A stretch of DNA of 64,000 nt, taken from Candidatus Wildermuthbacteria bacterium. GTDB taxonomy: Bacteria > Patescibacteriota > Minisyncoccia > Minisyncoccales > UBA10102. The translations under genes and the position numbers were made by a program. The stretch is from the NCBI GenBank assembly GCA_016186115.1, contig JACPMK010000002.1:136983-200982 (forward strand). Reading direction: 5' to 3'. Shown one piece after another: positions 51,041 through 59,969 of the stretch. The notes under the pieces were generated by a model. That model was not told the DNA's origin, did no database searches, and worked only from the letters and a program-made list of their open reading frames with translations. The first letter of the stretch is position 1; each line of letters opens with the position of its first letter.

Positions 51041-51952
51041 TTAATACTGGGTTTCTACAGCAAATGACGTTTTAGTACTTGTCACTACTATATCGCCATT
51101 TACATCTGTTCGCAAGACGGACACACCCCATGCGGCAAACCGGTCGAGCACTTCCTGATGAGGATGCCCGTATCGATTCTCTTTCCCCACTTGAATAATG
51201 GCGACCTTTGGGCTTACTTTCGCAATAAATGCTTCAGTGTTCGATGTCTTTGCGCCGTGATGCCCAACCTTAAGAATACTGGCAGAGATGACTTCTGATT
51301 TTTTTTCGACAAGTTCGTACTCCACCAATTGAGGAATATCAGCAGTAAAAAGAGTAGAGACCTCCCCATAAGTAAACTTCAGCACAAGAGAAAGCTCATT
51401 TGATGACCCATATGTATTTTTTGCCTCTTTCGATGGCCAGATAATCTCGCCATATGCATCGGGATCGCTGGACCATCGGATCGTTTGAGAATCCTTGGCT
51501 ATAAAAATAGCCGTGCCTTGTTCTTGCTCTTTTTCTATTGCGTGCCTCAACATCACAGCAAATCCAGAATTTTCTTTACTGTCGCTCCAAAGAATATTGT
51601 TTATTTGATACCGCGGGAAAAGCTCAATGATTCCCTCCGCATGATCTTTATCTGAATGAGTTGCAATCACCAAATCAATTGTTTTATTCCAAAAAGGAAT
51701 TTGCGAAGAGAGCTTGCTGAAGATTGAAGTATCAGGCCCACCGTCGATCAGAATCTGATGGCCTTGAGGGCTCTTAATCAAAATTGCATCTCCCTGGCCT
51801 ACGTCCAAAAAGGCCATCGAGAATCGATTCCCCCATAGAATTTCCTGCCACGTGCTAAAAACAAAGAAAAGCAACGCGCCCAAAATTCCCCAAACAATGA
51901 TCCGAAAAGCACTCATAAAAATCCAAAACCCCCGCTCCATGAACCCGTTCAT
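51041..51952 (-). CDS. ComEC/Rec2-type metallo-beta-lactamase domain protein
   Basis: FLDVGQGDAIL, THSDKDH, LKVGHHG, NRYGHPH; N-terminal TM helix. Confidence 0.9.
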   Translation of the reverse strand: MNGFMERGFWIFMSAFRIIVWGILGALLFFVFSTWQEILWGNRFSMAFLDVGQGDAILIKSPQGHQILIDGGPDTSIFSKLSSQIPFWNKTIDLVIATHSDKDHAEGIIELFPRYQINNILWSDSKENSGFAVMLRHAIEKEQEQGTAIFIAKDSQTIRWSSDPDAYGEIIWPSKEAKNTYGSSNELSLVLKFTYGEVSTLFTADIPQLVEYELVEKKSEVISASILKVGHHGAKTSNTEAFIAKVSPKVAIIQVGKENRYGHPHQEVLDRFAAWGVSVLRTDVNGDIVVTSTKTSFAVETQY

Positions 51953-52001
51953 ATAAACGAGCTCAAAAGTGGGGGTTCTTAGATAAAATATTCCACCTCA
52001 C

Positions 52002-52163
52002 CTACTTTCCTTTAGGTAAAATCCTCATCATCTTTGTTCCGCACACCGGGCAGCTTCCTTTCAACGCCGGCCTTTTCTTTCCTCCTCTGGCATTGATTTC
52101 CGTACGCTGCTCATTCTTCATTTCTCTCTTTGCCTTGCACTTGACACAATAAGCTTCGGCCAT
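52002..52163 (-). CDS. Small basic zinc-ribbon protein (DUF5679-like; below the ORF-track cutoff)
   Basis: Translated by hand: MAEAYCVKCKAKREMKNEQRTEINARGGKKRPALKGSCPVCGTKMMRILPKGK. Confidence 0.85.
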   Translation of the reverse strand: MAEAYCVKCKAKREMKNEQRTEINARGGKKRPALKGSCPVCGTKMMRILPKGK

Positions 52164-52237
52164 GATGGATTGGTGTAATTAAATGGATAAAACGACCGTT
52201 AGCAAAGTATACTGCTTTTAAGCTGAAAAGTACAGTA

Positions 52238-52678
52238 TTACCCGAGTGTACTCTGTATCTTCCCATCCAACCCTAGCACCCTTCCTGCTCTTTTCATTCC
52301 AAGATACAGGAGGACGAAGAAATAAATCACATGTTCATCAATCAGCAAGGAATGATCTCCCACATAAGGCAACCGCAAAATAGGCAAATAGTACAGCATC
52401 ATCAACGCGGCGCCGGCTACTGCACTTGCCCTTACAAATAATCCCAAAATCAGCGATACTCCGATTACTGTTAATCCCCATTCATTGAGGAAATTCACAA
52501 TCGGAAGGATGTCAGCGCTTGCCAGCCAATGAAAAAACCCGGGAAATGTTTTTGCTCCGTTCAGATATCCCGCTGCGGTCCAGTTCGGATTTAAAATCTT
52601 GGTAATGCCAGCGTAAAAAAACAGCCAGCCCAAGGAAATGCGCAGGAGAAAAAGAATGGTGTTCTCTGAAAATTTCAT
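52238..52678 (-). CDS. DoxX/DoxD family membrane protein
   Basis: LLRISLGWLFFYAGITK, EWGLTVIGVSLILGLFVR, AGRVLGLD. Confidence 0.88.
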   Translation of the reverse strand: MKFSENTILFLLRISLGWLFFYAGITKILNPNWTAAGYLNGAKTFPGFFHWLASADILPIVNFLNEWGLTVIGVSLILGLFVRASAVAGAALMMLYYLPILRLPYVGDHSLLIDEHVIYFFVLLYLGMKRAGRVLGLDGKIQSTLG

Positions 52679-52710
52679 ATAATTTTCTTTTAGTTTATTC
52701 GACCTTGAAA

Positions 52711-53472
52711 TTATGCTGCGAGCCAGCCGCCATCAACATAGATAGTGGCGCCAGTGACATAGCTTGCCTCTTCAGAAGCAAGAAACACAACCGCTGCGGA
52801 AACTTCCTCTGCCTTCCCTACTCTGCCCAACGGGATCTGTCTAAGCATTGCCTCCATTGCCGCTTGGGGTATTTGAGCCGCTTGCACCATGGGCGTGTCA
52901 ATAGCGCCGGGGCCGATCGCGTTGACGTGAATGCCAAAGGGAGCCCATTCGATGGCCAACGTCTCGGTCATGCCAATTATTCCTCCTTTCGAGGCCGTGT
53001 AATGCGCTCCTCCTGCAATACCTACGCCTACTTGTCCTGAAGCAACCGAAGCAATGTTAATGATACGTCCCCAGCCGTGCTTTTTCATCTCTTGCGCTGC
53101 TCTTTGGGCGCAAAAAAACTGGCCTTTTAAGTTAATTGCTAGCATTTTTTGCCATTCTTCTTCCGTAAGCTCGAGGGCTGGCTTTGGGAAATAAATCCCC
53201 GCATTATTTACCAAAATATCCAGCCGCCCCCACTGTTGCACGACCTCTCCAAATACCTGATCAATTTCCTGAACATGAGAAACATCCAAACGAAACGCAA
53301 GAGCATCGCCGCCCCGCTGTTTAATTTCTTTTACCACTTCCTCGCATTCCTCTTTTGAAATATCGGTTACTGCGACTTTTGCTCCTTGCTGCGCCAAGAT
53401 CAAAGCATGGGACTTTCCCATTCCTCTTCTCGCGCCAGTTACCAATGCAATTTTATTTTGCAGATCAAACAT
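52711..53472 (-). CDS. Short-chain dehydrogenase/reductase
   Basis: TGARRGMG, NNAG, YTASK, PGAIDT, VDGG. Confidence 0.93.
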   Translation of the reverse strand: MFDLQNKIALVTGARRGMGKSHALILAQQGAKVAVTDISKEECEEVVKEIKQRGGDALAFRLDVSHVQEIDQVFGEVVQQWGRLDILVNNAGIYFPKPALELTEEEWQKMLAINLKGQFFCAQRAAQEMKKHGWGRIINIASVASGQVGVGIAGGAHYTASKGGIIGMTETLAIEWAPFGIHVNAIGPGAIDTPMVQAAQIPQAAMEAMLRQIPLGRVGKAEEVSAAVVFLASEEASYVTGATIYVDGGWLAA

Positions 53473-53477
53473 AGATT

Positions 53478-53969
53478 TTACGCTTGGTCATTAGTGCTTC
53501 GACTTTTGAGACGAATATACCTCATATATAGTATAGCAGAGAATAAGAACAGTATGGTAGAGATCAGGGCCGAGCCAAGACAATAGATGCAATAGGCGTG
53601 CAAGACAAACTGCTGCAGAGATACGAATACAATCGAAAAAAGGAATCCAAAAGAGGTAAGGATTCCCATTGCGCGCATAAAAAAAATTGCTTTTGTATCG
53701 AGAAAGGCAAAACTTAAAAGGATCACTGCCGTATAGTAGCCCACTCCGACAAGAGAAAGGGGGATGCCAAAAATAATTGCATACTTACTCTGCAAAACCT
53801 CGTTGCATCCCTCAACAATGGTACATACGACTTCTGCGCCAAGGTAATGCTCGATCGTGAGATATAAAGAGTCGAGAAATCCCAAAAATCCCAATCCTAT
53901 AAAGATAAGGACGATTCTCCTAGGAATTTCTCTCGAGCTCCTGATTGAGGAGTTGTTTGAATTCATCAT
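53478..53969 (-). CDS. Vitamin K epoxide reductase (VKOR) family protein
   Basis: CTIVEGCNEVLQSKYA loop cysteines, CIYC active site, TM helices. Confidence 0.9.
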   Translation of the reverse strand: MMNSNNSSIRSSREIPRRIVLIFIGLGFLGFLDSLYLTIEHYLGAEVVCTIVEGCNEVLQSKYAIIFGIPLSLVGVGYYTAVILLSFAFLDTKAIFFMRAMGILTSFGFLFSIVFVSLQQFVLHAYCIYCLGSALISTILFLFSAILYMRYIRLKSRSTNDQA

Positions 53970-54567
53970 AGCTGCCGGGATTTTCGATCTTTTTGCCGTT
54001 CAAATAGAAGTTTGGCGTACCATTGACTCCTGATTTTACTCCCCCTTGAAAATCATTCTCAACTTTCGTTTTTACCGCGTCTGAATTCATATCCTGTGAG
54101 AAGCGCTCCTTATCGAGCCCAAGCGAAACCGCATACCCTACGAATATCTCCTCTGCCTTGTCATTCTTTGCCCATTCATTTTGATTTTGATAGAGCAAAT
54201 CGTGCATTTCCCAGAATCTTCCCTGCAGCGCCGCTGCTTCCGAGGCCTGCGCGGCAAGATCTGCTTGGGCATGAACGTTCCTCAAAGGAAAATGCCGGTA
54301 TATAAATGTCATACGATCTCCGTAGTCCTCCTCAAGCTGTTCCACGACAGGTTCGTAGAGCGCGCACGCTGGACACTGAAAATCGCCGTACTCGACGAGA
54401 ACAATCTTCGCATCTCTATTCCCCTTCGCGTGATCAGCCGAAGAAACCGCAGCGGCAAGATACGCTGACGAATTGCTATTTTTTGAAGGCGGAGCAAGAA
54501 GCAGTAATCCAACAACCCCTCCCGCAAGCAACACTCCTGCCACGCCCCAAATAAGTATATGTTTCAT
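53920..54567 (-). CDS. DsbA-family thiol-disulfide oxidoreductase
   Basis: N-terminal anchor, EYGDFQCPAC, RHFPL, GVNGTP. Confidence 0.92.
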   Translation of the reverse strand: MKHILIWGVAGVLLAGGVVGLLLLAPPSKNSNSSAYLAAAVSSADHAKGNRDAKIVLVEYGDFQCPACALYEPVVEQLEEDYGDRMTFIYRHFPLRNVHAQADLAAQASEAAALQGRFWEMHDLLYQNQNEWAKNDKAEEIFVGYAVSLGLDKERFSQDMNSDAVKTKVENDFQGGVKSGVNGTPNFYLNGKKIENPGSYDEFKQLLNQELERNS

Positions 54568-54603
54568 AACGAATGACAATTATATATCCTAGCCGATCTC
54601 GAA

Positions 54604-54717
54604 GGCATGCATTTAAGGAGACCCTTAGCAGCGCGACGGCGCGACCTGCCTGCCGGCAGGCAGGGAAAAGAGCAAATTTTCAGCAGAAAATTATGCGTGT
54701 CTCCGAAAATGTATGCC
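54604..54717. repeat. Inverted-repeat-bounded intergenic element containing a perfect 20 bp palindrome
   Basis: Ends GGCATGCATTTAAGGAGAC / GTCTCCGAAAATGTATGCC; internal CCTGCCTGCCGGCAGGCAGG (54645-54664) and AATTTTCAGCAGAAAATT. Confidence 0.75.
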
Positions 54718-54733
54718 AAGAGAGCGGATATTT

Positions 54734-55684
54734 TTATGGTACCTTTTTATGAAGATCACAGGCCTTGCCATTTGCTTTGTAATGCTCGTAGGCAGCCGTT
54801 GCAGCAACCGTACCCAATGCCGCGGCAGTAATATCCTGTTTGAAATTATTGAAATGATTAGTGGCGTCTCCCGCAGCGAAAATTCCCGGCACATTCGTTC
54901 TCATCATAGAATCTGTCTTCGTGTATCCTTTGCTGTCGATTTCCAAACCAAGTTGCTTTGCGAACGTTTGGTCTGGATCAAAGCCAATCTCGATGAATAA
55001 TCCATCGATGGCAAGTTCACGGGATTCTTTATAAGGACGGGAAAGTATAAGTGTTTCAAGTTTTTCCTTCCCCCTGATTTCTTTCACTTCTGTCTCCAAC
55101 AAAATCTCGACATGATCCCCAAGTTTTCTCATCTGTTCCAAGTTGAGGGGTTCGGCTCCAATCTCTTTCTCTTTCACGATAAAATAAATTTTCTTGGCGT
55201 ATGCGCTCAAAAAATTGATCCCCTTGACCGAAGAATCCCCTCCTCCCACCATTGCGACTATTTTATCTTTGTACAACGGCCCATCGCATGTCCAGCAATA
55301 ATGCACGCCCTTTCCGGTAAGCTCTTTTTCATTGGGAAGATTCAAATGGCGGCGCCGGGATCCTGTGGCAATAATAACCGTATTGGTATGAAAACTTCGC
55401 TCTTCGATCAGCACGCGGAAACACTCTCCTTCTTTTCGAATTTCTTTTACCCAGCCATCCCGGAATTCAACACCAACGCTTTGCGCCTGCTCCTTCATTT
55501 TTCTCATCAACTCATAGCCATCAATTCCGTTGAATCCCGGATAGTTCCAAATAGTTCCTGCTGTGGCTGTTTCTCCTCCAAATTCGCCTTCGATGAGGAA
55601 GGTACGAAGTTTATACCGCCCAGCATAAATTGCCGCAGACAATCCTGCGGCTCCCGATCCCACCACAATGAGGTCGTACTCCAT
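54734..55684 (-). CDS. trxB: Thioredoxin reductase
   Basis: GSGAAGLSAAIY, GVHYCWTCDG, VGGGDS, GIFAAGD. Confidence 0.9.
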   Translation of the reverse strand: MEYDLIVVGSGAAGLSAAIYAGRYKLRTFLIEGEFGGETATAGTIWNYPGFNGIDGYELMRKMKEQAQSVGVEFRDGWVKEIRKEGECFRVLIEERSFHTNTVIIATGSRRRHLNLPNEKELTGKGVHYCWTCDGPLYKDKIVAMVGGGDSSVKGINFLSAYAKKIYFIVKEKEIGAEPLNLEQMRKLGDHVEILLETEVKEIRGKEKLETLILSRPYKESRELAIDGLFIEIGFDPDQTFAKQLGLEIDSKGYTKTDSMMRTNVPGIFAAGDATNHFNNFKQDITAAALGTVAATAAYEHYKANGKACDLHKKVP

Positions 55685-55716
55685 ATCATTCTTACTATAT
55701 CAGAGGAACTTTTTGC

Positions 55717-56064
55717 CTACAAGGACACATGCACATCGGCAACCTCTTGAATGGTAATTTTGGAAGAAGGGGCTTGCCGGCTTGTAAAAATACCTTTCAA
55801 AAAGAACTGAAGCGTAGCTCCGAGGAAAAGCGAAAAAAGAAATATGAAAATGAAAAAAATCGGCCGATTCGAAAGCAATAGATCAAACGCGGCCTGAACG
55901 CTTGCCAAAAGCAAGAATGCCGGAAGATATAAAATCCATAAAAAATTGCCGAGAGAGCCGCTCTGCAAACCATCTGAAAAATAAAAGAAAAAAAAGGATA
56001 AGACGTACAGTCCCCCAAAAAGAGCGCCCCTGTGATATTTTTGCAAAAACTGAAGAAAAACCAT
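55717..56064 (-). CDS. Small hypothetical membrane protein
   Basis: 115 aa with about three hydrophobic segments; fills the gap between the pgl-like gene and trxB. Confidence 0.55.
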   Translation of the reverse strand: MVFLQFLQKYHRGALFGGLYVLSFFFFYFSDGLQSGSLGNFLWILYLPAFLLLASVQAAFDLLLSNRPIFFIFIFLFSLFLGATLQFFLKGIFTSRQAPSSKITIQEVADVHVSL

Positions 56065-56072
56065 ACGTTGTT

Positions 56073-56792
56073 TTAAAAAATAACATCGGTGTAGAGTATC
56101 AAATGCTTCATTTCATGAATAATGCGACCGGGGACTTGCCATATCTTTCCTTCATCTGCTAAGACGAGACCAAGGGCATGTTTCTTACTTTCCCCAACGA
56201 CATAGAGAATCGATGCATCAACTCGATTGCAAAGAAATGGAATGGTTACCGTAATGCGGAGCGGATAATCATTTTTTTCCTTGGTTGCGTTGTAGCCAAC
56301 AACCCATCGGTCTTGACGACCAAATAAATTTTCAAACTTTTTTCGATCTTCTGGATAAGGCATGATCCCTGCAGTATGGCCATCTGGCCCCATTCCTTGG
56401 GTAATGAGAACTTTTCCAAAAGGATGCGCTCTCTTCCATGTTTTTAAAAACAGCTCAAAGCGATGCGCGAGTTCTTCAAGGGTCTCCTTATGTTCTACTC
56501 TCGTATCGATAAAATGAGCTCCCTTGTCTTGAGCTTTTTGACAAAAGGAGGTGGAGGCCAATTGCGCGAAATTATTTTCTTTTGGATCTATGCTATATCT
56601 TTCGTCTAATACTCCAACCGTAATTTTCTCGCTTAAAACATGAGCGCTTATCCCATTAACTAACTCCAGCGCCGATCCTCCAGAAAGGAGTAAGAGAATC
56701 GATTGATCTCCAAATCCCCCAAGCAACTCATTGAACTTTCCGACTGCGCTTTGGCGCGCCTCTTCTTTTGAATTGCATTGAACAATTTGCAT
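56073..56792 (-). CDS. 6-phosphogluconolactonase-like protein
   Basis: LLSGGS, DERY, GMGPDGHTAGIMP, RITVT; follows zwf-gnd. Confidence 0.8.
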   Translation of the reverse strand: MQIVQCNSKEEARQSAVGKFNELLGGFGDQSILLLLSGGSALELVNGISAHVLSEKITVGVLDERYSIDPKENNFAQLASTSFCQKAQDKGAHFIDTRVEHKETLEELAHRFELFLKTWKRAHPFGKVLITQGMGPDGHTAGIMPYPEDRKKFENLFGRQDRWVVGYNATKEKNDYPLRITVTIPFLCNRVDASILYVVGESKKHALGLVLADEGKIWQVPGRIIHEMKHLILYTDVIF

Positions 56793-56794
56793 CT

Positions 56795-57694
56795 TTATTT
56801 TATTGCATGACCTCCAAATTGATTCCGCAACGCAGACAATACTCTGCCGGTATAGCTTGGCTTTTTCTTTGACTCAAGGCGAAATTCAAACGATTTCTTA
56901 ATAACGGGGACCGACACTCCCATTCTTTTCGCCGTTTTTACAGTCCACTCCCCTTCTCCTGTATGACTCACAGAACCAGAAACATTCGTCATTTCTTCTC
57001 CGAATACCCTCAAAGCATCCACAAGCCATTGCATGAGCCGGGATTCAATAATACTGCCATGATTGTATACATCCGCGATCTTTTCCAAATCTAACTGAAG
57101 GGATGATTTTTTAAGCACCGTGAAGCCCTCTGCGATTGCCTGCATCATGCCATACTCAATGCCATTGTGCACCATTTTCACAAAGTGTCCGGCGCCGGAT
57201 TTTCCTGCATATACATATCCATGAGGAACCGCAAGATCAGAAAAAAGCCCCTCGTATCGTTTGAAAATTTCTTTTTCTCCTCCGATCATAATGCAAGCTC
57301 CCCTCCTTGCACCTTCCATACCTCCGGAGGTCCCCACATCAAGAAAATGGATTCCCTTTCTCGCCAACATCTTCGCTCGTTTTATGGAATCCTCGTAAAA
57401 CGAATTCCCTCCATCGATCAGAACATCGCCCTTTTGCAAGTTTGACAAAAGATCTTGTAACGTATCGTCGATTGGCTTTCCCGCAGGGATCATGAGCCAA
57501 ATTAAACGAGGAGGCTGCAACGTTTGAACAAGCTCTTTGATGCTCGAAACTCCTCGCACTGACCCCGACCGTATCGCAGTAATTGCTTTCTGATCTTTAT
57601 CAAAAACAACTGCACTCCAACCCTTTTCTTTTAAATGCAGGACAATATTTTTGCCCATTTTCCCTAGCCCTACGAATCCAATAATTTTATTCAT
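56795..57694 (-). CDS. gnd: 6-phosphogluconate dehydrogenase (short, decarboxylating type)
   Basis: GLGKMG, IDGGNS, DVGTSGG, GHFVKMVHNGIEYG, LRNQFGGH. Confidence 0.94.
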   Translation of the reverse strand: MNKIIGFVGLGKMGKNIVLHLKEKGWSAVVFDKDQKAITAIRSGSVRGVSSIKELVQTLQPPRLIWLMIPAGKPIDDTLQDLLSNLQKGDVLIDGGNSFYEDSIKRAKMLARKGIHFLDVGTSGGMEGARRGACIMIGGEKEIFKRYEGLFSDLAVPHGYVYAGKSGAGHFVKMVHNGIEYGMMQAIAEGFTVLKKSSLQLDLEKIADVYNHGSIIESRLMQWLVDALRVFGEEMTNVSGSVSHTGEGEWTVKTAKRMGVSVPVIKKSFEFRLESKKKPSYTGRVLSALRNQFGGHAIK

Positions 57695-57704
57695 AGCGGA
57701 CTGT

Positions 57705-59159
57705 TTATTGTGGTTGATTATTATTTGGGAATTGCGTTACGCCAAAATCGATTTGGCGGACTGCCGGAGAATTTTGCGGATAGGTCAAAAGGGCCACCCT
57801 ATTTTTCTGCCATGCCCGTACAACAGGATCAATAAATTTCCAACTTGCCACAATTTCATCGGTACTCACGAATAGGGTTTGATCGCCATTGATAACGCTC
57901 CAGAGAAGCCGCTCGTACGCATCGGAAAACTCTTCTGTCTCAAAGGCCTTGCGGTAATCAAAGGTAAAGCTTTTTTCCTGAATAATCATCTCTGCGCCCG
58001 GCTTTTTTACCCAGAAAGAAATATCGACCCGCTCTTGGGGCTGAATGATATAGCGCAACATATTCTGCGAATGAGCTCCCGGAGGACAAAGACAGGGCGT
58101 CAAATGCTTAAACGTCACCACAACCTCTACTTTCTCCTCATCGAGTTTTTTGCCGCTCTCTAAAATAAAAGGCACCCCCCTCCAACGAGGAACATGAAGA
58201 AATGTTTTAATCCGAAAGTAGGTTTCTGTTTGCGATTGAGAGCTTATTCCCTTTTCTTTGCGATACCCTTCATACTGGCCTCGGATCGTTCTTTGGGCGA
58301 GCATTTTTGGAGTTACTTTTTCCAAGGATTGCAAAACTTCAGCGCGTTTCTTGCGGATTGATACGGCATCAAAACTGCCGGGATTTTCCATGGTGAATAA
58401 TGCAAGCAATTGCAATATATGATTTTGTCCCACATCCCGCAGCGCCCCAACCCCTTCGTAAAATCCCCTTTCCTCCACTCCCTCTTGCTCCAACAAGTGA
58501 ATAGAAATTTGCTCGATTGCATCTTTATGCCATGAATCCTGCAAGAACGAGTTTGAGAATCGAAACGCCAAAACATTTTGCACGGTTTCCTTGCCCAAAT
58601 AATGATCAATACGATAAATTTGCTCTTCTTTAAAAAGTTTTCCCAGCAAATGGTCAAGCTCTTGCGCAGTACGCAGATTCTTTCCAAAGGGCTTTTCTAC
58701 AATCACTCTTGTCCACCCCTCTTCGGGGCCGCAAGGGACGGTAAGGCCGGAAGCAGCCAAATTGCGGAAAATTGTTTTGTAATATTGCGGAGGAACTGCG
58801 AGATAAAAAAGTTTGTTCGAACACACCCTCCATTCCCTATCTCGCATTCCAAGGAGCTGCGCGAGATCCTTATATCCCTTTCTCCTTTCAAAAAGACCCT
58901 GCTGATAAAGAAGAGAGCGCACAAATTCCCGAATCTGCTCTTTGGCTGTTGGCGCATACTGTTCGAGAATTGTTTGCACTTCTTTGCGGAATTCTTCGTT
59001 TGTGAGCTCGCGCCGCGAGAACCCAACAATTTGAAACAATGGCGGTAGCATTTTTTTCTGATACAAACGAAACAACGCCGGCGCAAGTTTTCGCCGCATT
59101 AAATCGCCAGTTGCTCCAAAAATCACAAATACGCTTGGCAAAAGATTATGCGATACCAA
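57705..59159 (-). CDS. zwf: Glucose-6-phosphate 1-dehydrogenase
   Basis: FGATGDL, VEKPFG, RIDHYLGKETVQN, RDVGQNH; TTG start overlaps the glutaredoxin gene end. Confidence 0.95.
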   Translation of the reverse strand: MVSHNLLPSVFVIFGATGDLMRRKLAPALFRLYQKKMLPPLFQIVGFSRRELTNEEFRKEVQTILEQYAPTAKEQIREFVRSLLYQQGLFERRKGYKDLAQLLGMRDREWRVCSNKLFYLAVPPQYYKTIFRNLAASGLTVPCGPEEGWTRVIVEKPFGKNLRTAQELDHLLGKLFKEEQIYRIDHYLGKETVQNVLAFRFSNSFLQDSWHKDAIEQISIHLLEQEGVEERGFYEGVGALRDVGQNHILQLLALFTMENPGSFDAVSIRKKRAEVLQSLEKVTPKMLAQRTIRGQYEGYRKEKGISSQSQTETYFRIKTFLHVPRWRGVPFILESGKKLDEEKVEVVVTFKHLTPCLCPPGAHSQNMLRYIIQPQERVDISFWVKKPGAEMIIQEKSFTFDYRKAFETEEFSDAYERLLWSVINGDQTLFVSTDEIVASWKFIDPVVRAWQKNRVALLTYPQNSPAVRQIDFGVTQFPNNNQPQ

Positions 59160-59382
59160 GTAGTTCCGCTAACTTCTTTTTATCAAATCCAACAATAACC
59201 TGCCCATCCACATCAATAACTGGCACCGCTAGTACTCCTGCCTTCTCTACCATTTCATGCTGCGCATTGACATCTTGAGAAACATCTTTTTCTTCGTAAG
59301 CAATGCTGTGCTCCCGGAAAAATTCTTTGGCTGCTTTGCAATATACGCACGTTGGAGTTGTGTAAAGGGTAACTTTTGCCAT
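59146..59382 (-). CDS. Glutaredoxin-like (NrdH/YruB) protein
   Basis: YTTPTCVYC, VPVIDV, VGFD. Confidence 0.9.
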   Translation of the reverse strand: MAKVTLYTTPTCVYCKAAKEFFREHSIAYEEKDVSQDVNAQHEMVEKAGVLAVPVIDVDGQVIVGFDKKKLAELLGIA

Positions 59383-59494
59383 ATGTGGAAATGTATTATA
59401 ACGCCCGGAGAAAGAAAACTGCAACGCTCACAAACAGTGCGATGAAGAAAAGAAGAAGTATCATCAACCATTCTTTCTGCGACATATTCCTATA

Positions 59495-59881
59495 CTATAA
59501 CTCTTCCATTGTAAAAAAGTAGGTTTCAATCTGTTGCGAAAATTGCTGCTTGAGCAGCTCCTCTGCTTTTTCAAGCTCGCTCTTTTGCAACTGCTGCTCG
59601 GCAGCGAAATCCCCGAAAGCGCTGCTGCCTCCATATGCTCCGCAATCCTCGTGCTGAATGCAGACGATGCTCTTGGGGCCGTGCAGATTCGAAGAAATCT
59701 CCAGATTTTTCCATATCGCGCTTTCTTTCCCGTTTGCCACCAAGTCCTTCACCCCGCCGGCGATTGCAATACGATCGTATCCTTCCGGAAACTTCTCTGC
59801 CAAAAACTCGTTAAGTCGCTTCTGAAACCTGAAATCAATGCAATGCACGACCACTGCTTCACAATGATGCTGTATTTCCAT
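59495..59881 (-). CDS. Minimal beta-carbonic anhydrase-like protein
   Basis: HCIDFR and HEDCGAYGG zinc-ligand motifs (CxDxR, HxxC). Confidence 0.75.
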   Translation of the reverse strand: MEIQHHCEAVVVHCIDFRFQKRLNEFLAEKFPEGYDRIAIAGGVKDLVANGKESAIWKNLEISSNLHGPKSIVCIQHEDCGAYGGSSAFGDFAAEQQLQKSELEKAEELLKQQFSQQIETYFFTMEEL

Positions 59882-59919
59882 GCGAATATATCCTATCATA
59901 ATTCAAAAATCGCTTCAAA

Positions 59920-59956
59920 TAAATCGGCCCCGAGGGTTAGAAAACCACTCGGGGCC
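59920..59956 (-). terminator. Terminator-like hairpin after the lipoprotein gene
   Basis: GGCCCCGAG...CTCGGGGCC stem followed by GATTTATTT on the minus strand. Confidence 0.6.
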
Positions 59957-59969
59957 TTGGAAAGACACT

